A program made the translations under genes and the position numbers. From Eukaryota sp. TZLM1-RC (Eukaryota > Protista > Metamonada: BaSk clade), in NCBI GenBank assembly GCA_040285825.1, contig JAUPSS010000007.1:1401996-1465995 (forward strand): a stretch of DNA of 64,000 nucleotides, in the 5' to 3' direction. This document shows, piece after piece, positions 24,352 through 34,800 of this stretch; position 1 is the stretch's first letter, and every line of letters starts with the position of its first letter. Below the pieces are notes generated by a model. It was given only the letters and a program-made list of their open reading frames with translations. It ran no database searches and was not told the DNA's origin.

Positions 24352-24529
24352 CAGGTAGCTTCCCTGCACCGGCACCGTGACGCCGCTGCCCTGCTGGGAA
24401 TGCCCGACGACGAGGTGGGCACCTGCCCCAGGCGAGGCGGTAACGATCTGGGTGTGGTCGACCCCGAACCGGAGCTTGATGCTACGCGCTACCTGCCACC
24501 TGGACTGGAGCTGTGGAGGCCACGGCCGT
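24352..24529. other. ~180-bp GC-rich foreign insert in CRE-B
   Basis: About two-thirds GC in an AT-rich context. It splits IFKAVVPLL, which is intact in the 14371 copy. Confidence 0.8.
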
Positions 24530-25299
24530 GTTGTTCCCTTACTATTTTCAGCTTTGTTATCTCTTGAACGTGTTTATGAAAGAAAAACCTCCAGTTAATT
24601 CTTTTTGACTGATTTGGGTTATGAAGATATGGTATTTTAACCTGGTCGTATAGTTTGTTTTTCATTGGAATAAATGATAATTAAGGGAAAAATTAATTAC
24701 ATTTTTAAATTTATCAAATAATTGTGTCATTTTGCTTCAGTGATAATGTAAACTCAAGGATTATTTTTGCCAAAAATGAATCAAATGTGACATTTGCATT
24801 TACTGAATTGTTGTATTTGAAAAAAAATTAGTCAGTAGCCAAAAATTGAAACATTCTACCGGCTTTTGTTGGGTTATGTCGACTTAGTTCCATAAACAGA
24901 TAAACAATAAATACACAGAGAGTTTATGGAAGCAGTTAAGAAAATAAAAAAATAAAATAAAATAAAAAAAATAAAAAAAAACAACAAATTTAAACTAACG
25001 ATGACGTGATGTCACGTCAACCTTCCAAATCGGGAAAGCACGTTTAGCCTAAGCTAACACTTTGATTTCAATATAAAACGGTTTTTTATATTATTCTCAA
25101 CACTATATTTTTTCTATTCCTCATTGTCAACCCCAAGATAATATCTGTGATATTGTTTAAAATTTTCAGCACCATCAATTTTACATTTTTCGTAAATTGT
25201 ATTTTTCATCAAGTTCAATAGACACACAATTTCTTCCCACATGATAATTGTTAATCGTTTTCTTATGTTTTCACTTTCCAACTAGTCATCAGACATCCA

Positions 25300-26099
25300 G
25301 AACTGCAGTAGTTTAATATCTCAGCAACCAAGGCCATTTGGTCTTCATTTAACAAACGAAGCTTGGAAACAAAACATGCGGTTGAGATTGGGGCTGTATC
25401 CAAGTGGTCTTTTGGATAATTCTGTTTGTATTTGTAACGAAAAACCTACTGTCGATTTCCGTCATATTGTTAGTTGTAAGAAATTTCTTCAATATCGGTC
25501 AGTTTTTCATAATGCCGTTCGTGATGTGACAAATGAGATGTGCAAGTGTTACAATTTTAGTTGCAAAGTAGAACCGTTGTTGAAGCATTATAGCGATAAT
25601 AATCTGTTTAATTCACGTCGAGGTGATTGAATTGCTCCTTTTGTGGATTCCTCTAAAGTTGTTGTTGATTTTACTACAGTTGATCCCTTTGCATTTGTTT
25701 ATCGTGATGATGTTTTAGTCAGTGCCAATGGTCATTTAAACAAGGCTGAAGATCGTAAAAGAGATAAATATACTGAGATATTAAATGATTTAAATAAGAA
25801 TCTTTACTCGAAGTTTTTGTTTGTTCCTTTTGCCTTTTCGATTTTTGGCAACATTCGACAGTCCGCCGTGAATTTTATCAATGATTTTGGTAATTTTTGT
25901 CGTTCAAGTGGTAAGAATTTCGCAGGGAATTTATGGAAGAATCAAATCATTTTCGCTTTGTACAGAAGTGTTCCCAAGTACTTAAGTCTAATGATGTCCA
26001 AGCTGTATAAGGATTCATCAAGATTTGGCGTGGAGAATTTTAATTCTTATGGGTTTTGGTTTATTTTGATATGTTTTGTTTCTTTGTTTTTTCAATTAT
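25300..26099 (+). mobile_element. CRE family D 3' part (RLE), degenerate
   Basis: MRLRLG, CICN..HIVSC, FHNAVRD, VEPL, RRGD*, VVDFTTV, KRDKY and FVPFAFSIFG. Confidence 0.85.
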
Positions 26100-26427
26100 T
26101 CCAGAAAAGAATTTTTTAAATTTGAAGTACACTCTTCGAACATTACAGAAACGATTGACTGGAATGTATGAAAAAGATCTTTATAATAATGTATGCACCT
26201 CGGCTGTTTTAAATCAAGATCTTCACTCATTGTTATTGGAAAAGGGGTGTTTGTGAAAACAAGTCATCAGATTTTTCACTTTTTGTAACCATTGTACCAC
26301 GAAGATTTGGATTGTGTGCAACTAGTGAAGCAATTGTAAAAAAATGAGATTATATTTGAATATCACAATTAAGCAGCTATTATCAAAAGAAAAATGTTGT
26401 TGTTCGAATTCCCCTCAACTCACTTTG
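26100..26427 (+). mobile_element. CRE-C internal fragment
   Basis: LNLKYTLRTLQKRLTGMYEKDL; matches 37335-37660. Confidence 0.85.
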
Positions 26428-27270
26428 GAACTCAATGCCTTAGAGACCGCAGACGCTTTAATTTGAAACGTTTGTGCAATTTTTGGCATACCTATGTTAA
26501 TTCATAGTGATAATGGTCCTGAGTTCGCCAATGAGACTTTTGAGATAGTGTGTAATAGATAAGCTATTGAAATGAGTAACTCAATAACCCACTACTCTGA
26601 AAGTAATGGACTCGTAGAACGAAAACAGAGAGACGTTCTACAATGCTTGAGGAAATTATTAATAGATTTTAATGATTATGGAAATTGGTCTACTTATGTA
26701 CCCATATCCCAACTACTAATAAATTCCACTAAAAGCAGAAAGACAGGTTTTACCCCATACGAACTAATGTTTGGATCTTCGATTAGTCCAAGATCGGACC
26801 CTGCAAACATATTAGGAAACTTATCAAAATTTGATTCCAAAATACCTGTATTAGACGATATTAAAATGAAAAATATTCGTCTGCAAAAAAAAGGGAAGAA
26901 GCAGAGCATCAACAATCATTAAATACTCCGACTTCAGTAGTCGATACTAATTCGCGTTTTATAGTATTTAATATTGGTGACTATGTCCTTCGTAAAACCA
27001 AACAAAATTATAAATTGCATGGATCTTGGAACGGACCCTTTTTAGTAATAGACCATCCTTCCAACTCTACTTTATTATTGAAGAATGTTACCACTGGCAC
27101 CGAATTAAAGGCTGCTAAGAAAGATTGCAAAATCTATAACGCTGAAAATCCACAGGATATCGAATTTCTTAAGGCAGTCGCATCAGGCGATGCTGAGAGC
27201 CATGTTATAGAGAAAATCCTCTCAGAATATAATTCTGACTCAGGTAGTTTTTGTACTGTTCAATGGTTTG
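26428..27270 (+). mobile_element. Gypsy-1 family integrase/chromodomain fragment without LTR
   Basis: IHSDNGPEF, SNGLVERK, TGFTPYELMFG, WNGPF and VIEKIL..VQWF. Close match to the reverse complement of 55025-55860. Confidence 0.92.
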
Positions 27271-28476
27271 CCTCCCCACTGTCCTCACATGATAAAATTA
27301 CTTTTTCATCAAAGGAAATTAGTGAGCTTTTTCTCTTCAATCTTAAAATTTCACAATACTTACTCACTTTCTTTTCTCACATGCATTGCTGGAAGAAATT
27401 TAGAATAATACCTTTAGCTTTCATAAAGGTTCTAAATTTCATGAAATACCTTCACATGTTTTCCACTCTGTGAAAAAATTTCCACTTATTGAAGGATCAT
27501 CTTCCAAAACAAAGTTTATCAGAAATACATGTCTGAAACGAGTGCTCAAACAATGTCCTTACCAAAAATTCAATATCAACAGAAAAAGTTTGAAAAATAA
27601 ATTTAAAAATTATTTATTGAAAACTAATGGTATTGAACTGCTTTTGACCTTTAAAGGTAAAAATAATGACTCAGAAAACACAGATGAGCTGGATGAACCA
27701 CCAAAAAAAAGAAGATCAAAAAATGAAATGAAAAGTGACCCTGATGCCAACAAAACCAGAGAAACACAGTTGAAGGGCACTAAAAAATGCCCCTTCGAAG
27801 ACGTAGACATCCAGTCAAAATTTTACCTGAAAGGCACCTTATTGGTGTTGATCTGGGCCAATCAAGATTATGTGGTTACTTCTTACATGATAATCAATGT
27901 GGAGTTATCCCTTGTCCAACTGGCAGAAGGTACATGACAAAACCTTCATACAGTAAACACTCTTCCAACCAATATTCCGTTCAAAATTTCAACCAATATT
28001 TGAACCATTGGAATTTGGTCAGGAGAAAAGTGTATTTGGAAAGTAATCGCCAGAAATAGAAAATAATTAAATTTGGTAACCGAAGACGAAAAGAGAGACG
28101 GTTCAGAGAGACTCTCAACAAATTTCAAAGGCTGGCTGGACATCCTGATAAACTCTATCTTGCTGTGGGTTCTGCTAATTTCCCTTCTCATTGCCGAAAA
28201 GCCAATCCATATGGATCAGCAAGAGCTTTCAGAAAATCGTTGTGTTATCAAAAGGACGTGAAGCACATGTCAACCAGTGAATTTAATACAAGCAAACTGT
28301 CAAGTTGTTGCATGGCCGAGAATATTCAAGCAGGATCATGGCAGATGTGTATTTGTACTGAATGTCAAATAGAATATGACCCAGATATTTCTGCTGCAAA
28401 AAATATTCAAATTAAGAAGAAAGCGGAATTGTGGCTGGAAAGATACATTTGCCCAGATGCTCTGTTGAGGAGATGA
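27271..28476 (+). pseudogene. Fanzor (eukaryotic TnpB-like RNA-guided RuvC nuclease); 5'-truncated, ~2 frameshifts and one in-frame TAG
   Basis: Motifs in order: KKFRIIPL, KTNGIELLLTF, RuvC-I IGVDLG, basic bridge-helix region, LAVGSANF..PYGSARAFRK, RuvC-II SEFNTSK, Zn finger SCC..CTEC, RuvC-III DPDISAAKNI, and C-terminal CPDALLRR. Confidence 0.85.
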
Positions 28477-28503
28477 ATAGGGAACGTGAGCATACAGAAA
28501 CTA

Positions 28504-28766
28504 AAACTTTTGAGACCGATCTACAAATGCCTTAGTAGCATTTGGTAGATCCACTTAGATACATCAAGTCGCGAGGCTTTGTTCTGTGAAAGCAGTAGGT
28601 GTATTTAAGTGAGGTAGCCCATTGATGAAGATCATGATTGTCTTTGTCAAATGACGCTACATGTCTCTTACAGCCTGTGAGTAGACATTGAGAAAGTTGA
28701 AAACAGGAGTGAATTTCACAGGGGAATGCTAGTTAGAATTCCGAACGCTCGGCCGAACTAGTTTTT
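28504..28766 (+). ncRNA. Putative Fanzor omegaRNA scaffold (boundaries uncertain)
   Basis: Four abutting stem-loops at 28518-28551, 28552-28611 (three-way junction with GCGA and GAAA tetraloops), 28614-28660 and 28661-28688, plus another at 28729-28761. G-U pairs favour the plus strand. Starts ~30-40 nt after the Fanzor stop. Confidence 0.75.
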
Positions 28767-28876
28767 GTTAAACACAGTTTTGTTTAAAGATGTTTTCCCA
28801 AATCCCTATTTCAACTACTACAATAGATTTCATTGTTTAAAAATCTGTATTCATACATAAAACCATATATGAATCT

Positions 28877-31800
28877 ATGAATGAACAACCTAGGTATCTT
28901 ACTCAAGATGTCATCCTGCGTGCTACCAAGAAGACACCAGCTGAGTTAAAATCAGTTACAAGATTAACACTTCAACGACAACACTCAGACCCACATCACC
29001 TTAACCACATAGAGAACTTACATCTCCTTCCCAATTTGAGAGAGCTAATCTTAACAAACCATGCTATAACTTCTTTCCAGGGCATATCCACAAATTTGCG
29101 CCTGGTAGATTTGTCTTCAAACAGAATCACTTCCTTTTCTCAGTTCTCCGCTCTCTCTTCAGTTGAGATTTTAATCCTTACAGACAATGCTATATCTACA
29201 ATACCTCCTCAAATACGACAGCTGCAGTCTCTTAGAGAGCTTCGTCTCAATGGAAACCCTATTACTGCTATCCAAGACATTTCTAATCTAGCTCCTTGTC
29301 GCTCCCTCTCCCTTCTTTCCCTGAGCAGAACTACTGTTGCTGAACTTCCACACTATCGCCCTTTTTGCATCTATGCAATTCCATCTCTTTCTCATCTTGA
29401 TGCTACCTTCGTCTCTGAACAGGAGAGATCTCAAGCAAGAACCAGGTTTGAGGGTAAGGAAAAGAAAGCGTTGGAGCTGAAATTAAGCGATCAAGAGAAG
29501 GAAATGCAGAGACTAGAAACTGAAAACCAGAAAAATCAAGGTAAAATTGCCAAGCTAGAGCAGTATGTTATTAATATCAAGAAAAAAGCTTCTTTAATAG
29601 TAGACGAAAGAAATGCTCTGGCCAAACGCTTTGAGGAGCAGAATGAAGTATTAAAAGAAAGAGGAAGGGAGCTCACAAGGGCTCTCGGAAGAATTTCTCA
29701 GTTGGAAAACCAAATAGCTGCTTTTAGTGATGATGACGACGTGGAGTTTAGTCAATTTATTAGGAGTTCACAGGGGAAAAGTTTTGTTAATAAAGGAAGG
29801 AAGTCAATAGAACTCCAGTGTGAATTGGGGTCAGCAGGATTGGGAGGTGAAAATTTTGATGATGACGTGGCGAGATTAGAAGGGATCGTGTCAGATTTGG
29901 AAAAGAGGAATCATGAGCTTTTGAACGTCAGTCAAGAAAATCAACGGTTTAAAGCAATTATAAATGATTTGGAACAAAAGATTGGCGAAAAAGATGAAGA
30001 AATTGCAAGTTTACAAGCTGAATCATTAGAATTGGAAAATTCTCAACAATTAAATGCCCAAAATTGTTCTAAATTCGAGTCAATAATTGATGAAAAGTCT
30101 GCTCTGTTGGCTGAAAAGGAACAAGAAAATGCTAAATTATTGGAAGAATTACACTCAGTTTCTCAAGAAAAGCAGCAGTTAGAAGAATTGCTTCAGCAAA
30201 ACAGTTCGGCTGACTTTAATTTTTCCAAGAATCTTTCACCTCAAAATTTAATGAAGTTTTTGACTGATTTTGCTTTAAAAAACTGAAAATTCTGTTGACA
30301 CCCTTCGACAAAAAATGGATGATTTGTATTTAAGTAACTTGAGTCAAAAAGAATTAGAAAGTAGAGTAAATGTATTACAAAATGAAGTTGACAATGCTCA
30401 AGAATTTTCTCAAAATATTACAGATTTAATGGTTGAAATTAGAAAAAATAATGGTATTCCTAGTAGAATTTTAACTGAAATTGAAATTTTAAAGAGTTTA
30501 ATTCCAAATAATCCCGAAGGAATTGAAGATCAGAGTACTCTGCTGGCTGAAAAGGAACAAGAAAATGCTAAATTATTGGAAGAATTACACTCAGTTTCTC
30601 AAGAAAAACAGGAATTTGCAGATAATTTATCTAAATTTGAAGCAATTATAAATGATTTGGAGCAAAAAATTGGCGAAAAAGATGAAGAAATTGCAACTTT
30701 ACAAGCTGAATCATTAGAATTGGAAAATTCTCAACAATTGAATGTCCAAAATTGTTCTAAATTCGAGTCAATAATTGATGAAAAGTCTGCTCTGTTGGCT
30801 GAAAAGGAACAAGAAAATGCTAAATTATTGGAAGAATTACACTCAGTTTCTCAAGAAAAACAGCAGTTAGAAGAATTGCTTCAGCAAAACAGTTCAGCTG
30901 ACTTTAATTTTTCCAAGAATCTTTCACCTCAAAATTTAATGAAGTTTTTGACTGATTTTGCTTTAAAAACTGAAAATTCTGTTGACACCCTTCGACAAAA
31001 AATGGATGATTTGTATTTAAGTAACTTGAGTCAAAAAGAATTAGAAAGTAGAGTAAATGTATTACAAAATGAAGTTGACAATGCTCAAGAATTTTCTCAA
31101 AATATTACAGATTTAATGGTTGAAATTAGAAAAAATAATGGTATTCCTAGTAGAATTTTAACTGAAATTGAAATTTTAAAGAGTTTAATTCCAAATAATC
31201 CCGAAGGAATTGAAGATCAGAGTACTCTGCTGGCTGAAAAGGAACAAGAAAATGCTAAATTATTGGAAGAATTACACTCAGTTTCTCAAGAAAAACAGGA
31301 ATTTGCAGATAATTTATCTAAATTTGAAGCAATTATAAATGATTTGGAGCAAAAAATTGGCGAAAAAGATGAAGAAATTGCAAGTTTACAAGCTGAATCA
31401 TTAGAATTGGAAAATTCTCAACAATTGAATGTCCAAAATTGTTCTAAATTCGAGTCAATAATTGATGAAAAGTCTGCTCTGTTGGCTGAAAAGGAACAAG
31501 AAAATGCTAAATTATTGGAAGAATTACACTCAGTTTCTCAAGAAAAGCAGCAGTTAGAAGAATTGCTTCAGCAAAACAGTTCGGCTGACTTTAATTTTTC
31601 CAAGAATCTTTCACCTCAAAATTTAATGAAGTTTTTGACTGATTTTGCTTTAAAAACTGAAAATTCTGTTGACACCCTTCGACAAAAAATGGATGATTTG
31701 TATTTAAGTAACTTGAGTCAAAAAGAATTAGAAAGTAGAGTAAATGTATTACAAAATGAAGTTGACAATGCTCAAGAATTTTCTCAAAATATTACAGATT

Positions 31801-34800
31801 TAATGGTTGAAATTAGAAAAAAATAATGGTATTCCTAGTAGAATTTTAACTGAAATTGAAATTTTAAAGAGTTTAATTCCAAATAATCCCGAAGGAATTG
31901 AAGATCAGAGTACTCTGCTGGCTGAAAAGGAACAAGAAAATGCTAAATTATTGGAAGAATTACACTCAGTTTCTCAAGAAAAACAGCAATTTGCAGATAA
32001 TTTATTTAAATTTGAAGCAATTATAAATGATTTGGAACAAAAGATTGGCGAAAAAGATCAAGAAATTGCAACTTTACAAGCTGAATCATTAGAATTGGAA
32101 AATTCTCAACAATTAAATGCCCAAAATTGTTCTAAATTCGAGTCAATAATTGATGAAAAGTCTGCTCTGTTGGCTGAAAAGGAACAAGAAAATGCTAAAT
32201 TATTGGAAGAATTACACTCAGTTTCTCAAGAAAAGCAGCAGTTAGAAGAATTGCTTCAGCAAAACAGTTCAGCTGACTTTAATTTTTCCAAGAATCTTTC
32301 ACCTCAAAATTTAATGAAGTTTTTGACTGATTTTGCTTTAAAAACTGAAAATTCTGTTGACACCCTTCGACAAAAAATGGACGATTTGTATTTAAGTAAC
32401 TTGAGTCAAAAAGAATTAGAAAGTAGATTAAATGTATTACAAAATGAAGTTGACAATGCTCAAGAATTTTCTCAAAATATTACAGATTTAATGGTTGAAA
32501 TTAGAAAAAATAATGGTATTCCTAGTAGAATTTTAACTGAAATTGAAATTTTAAAGAGTTTAATTCCAAATAATCCCCAAGGAATTGAAGATCAGAGTGC
32601 TCTGCTAGCTGAAAAGGAACAAGAAAATGCTAAATTATTGGAAGAATTACACTCAGTTTCTCAAGAAAAACAGGAATTTGCAGATAATTTATCCAAATTT
32701 GAAGCAATCATAAATGATTTGGAACAAAAAATTGGCGAAAAAGATGAAGAAATTGCAACTTTACAAGCTGAATCAGTAGAATTGGAAAATTCTCAACAAT
32801 TGAATGCCCAAAATTGTTCTAAATTTGAGGCAATAATTGATGAAAAGTCTGCTCTGTTGGCTGAAAAGGAACAAGAAAATGCTAAATTATTGGAAGAAAT
32901 GCACGCAGTTTCTCGAGAAAACAGGAATTTGCAGATAATTTATCTAAATTTGAAGCAATTATAAATGATTTGGAGCAAAAAAATTGGCGAAAAAGATGAA
33001 GAAATTGCAAGTTTACAAGCTGAATCATTAGAATTGAAAATTCTCAACAATTGAATGCCCAAAATTGTTCTAAATTTGAGTCAATAATTGATGAAAAGTC
33101 TGCTCTGTTGGCTGAAAAGGAACAAGAAAAATGCTAAATTATTGGAAGAAATGCACGCAGTTTCTCGAGAAAAAACAGGAATTTGCAGATAATTTATCTA
33201 AATTTGAAGCAATTATAAATGATTTGGAGCAAAAAATTGGCGAAAAAGATGAAGAAATTGCAAGTTTACAAGCTGAATCATTAGAATTGGAAAATTCTCA
33301 ACAATTGAATGCCCAAAATTGTTCTAAATTTGAGTCAATAATTGATGAAAAGTCTGCTCTGTTGGCTGAAAAGGAACAAGAAAATGCTAAATTATTGGAA
33401 GAAATGCACGCAGTTTCTCGAGAAAAACAGGAATTTGCAGATAATTTATCTAAATTTGAAGCAATTATAAATGATTTGGAGCAAAAAATTGGCGAAAAAG
33501 ATGAAGAAATTGCAAGTTTACAAGCTGAATCATTAGAATTGGAAAATTCTCAACAATTGAATGCCCAAAATTGTTCTAAATTTGAGTCAATAATTGATGA
33601 AAAGTCTGCTCTGTTGGCTGAAAAGGAACAAGAAAATGCTAAATTATTGGAAGAAATGCACGCAGTTTCTCGAGAAAAACAGGAATTTGCAGATAATTTA
33701 TCCAAATTTGAAGCAATCATAAATGATTTGGAACAAAAAATTGGCGAAAAAGATGAAGAAATTGCAAGTTTACAAGCTGAATCATTAGAATTGGAAAATT
33801 CTCAACAATTGAATGCCCAAAATTGTTCTAAATTCGAGTCGATAATTGATGAAAAGTCTGCTCTGTTGGCTGAAAAGGAACAAGAAAATGCTAAATTATT
33901 GGAAGAAATGCACGCAGTTTCTCAAGAAAAACAGGAATTTGCAGATAATTTATCTAAATTTGAAGCAATTATAAATGATTTGGAGCAAAAAATTGGCGAA
34001 AAAGATGAAGAAATTGCAAGTTTACAAGCTGAATCATTAGAATTGGAAAATTCTCAACAATTGAATGCCCAAAATTGTTCTAAATTTGAGTCAATAATTG
34101 ATGAAAAGTCTGCTCCTGTTGGCTGAAAAGGAACAAGAAAATGCTAAATTATTGGAAGAAATGCACGCAGTTTCTCAAGAAAACAGGAATTTGCAGATAA
34201 TTTATCTAAATTTGAAGCAATTATAAATGATTTGGAGCAAAAATTGGCGAAAAAGATGAAGAAATTGCAAGTTTACAAGCTGAATCATTAGAATTGGAAA
34301 ATTCTCAACAATTGAATGCCCAAAATTGTTCTAAATTTGAGTCAATAATTGATGAAAAAGTCTGCTCTGTTGGCTGAAAAGGAACAAGAAAATGCTAAAT
34401 TATTGGAAGAAATGCACGCAGTTTCTCGAGAAAAACAGGAATTTGCAGATAATTTATCTAAATTTGAAGCAATTATAAATGATTTGGAGCAAAAAATTGG
34501 CGAAAAAGATGAAGAAATTGCAAGTTTACAAGCTGAATCATTAGAATTGGAAAATTCTCAACAATTGAATGCCCAAAATTGTTCTAAATTTGAGTCAATA
34601 ATTGATGAAAAGTCTGCTCTGTTGGCTGAAAAGGAACAAGAAAATGCTAAATTATTGGAAGAAATGCACGCAGTTTCTCGAGAAAAACAGGAATTTGCAG
34701 ATAATTTATCTAAATTTGAAGCAATTATAAATGATTTGGAGCAAAAATTGGCGAAAAAGATGAAGAAATTGCAAGTTTACAAGCTGAATCATTAGAATTG

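Larger units (their letters stand above)
20810..24675 (+). mobile_element. CRE family B 3' half, interrupted by Gypsy-3 (21351-24016) and a GC-rich insert
   Basis: WSKCFP..HDAVRDQLY..FGRN(R) before 21351 resumes as (R)GELVLEGLEG..FW..IVFSIF after 24016. AATAAA near 24669. Confidence 0.88.

Noticed and set aside
24352-24529. SRP RNA, HDV or hammerhead ribozyme, or rRNA
   Set aside because: No helix-8 GNRA motif, no complete HDV P1-P4 topology, and no CUGANGA/GAAA core could be fitted.
28057-28059. Alternative genetic code (TAG as sense)
   Set aside because: The in-frame TAG at 37847 is TGG in sister copies, host genes end in TAA/TAG, and long ORFs lack internal TAA/TAG.
28700-28800. Fanzor guide matching a TE in this window
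   Set aside because: The scaffold end cannot be fixed from one copy, and no convincing match to the candidate guides was seen by eye.
30278-34800. Separate genes or programmed frameshifts in the coiled-coil region
   Set aside because: The breaks are single-base indels, mostly in homopolymers, and are inconsistent between identical repeats, which is typical of long-read error.
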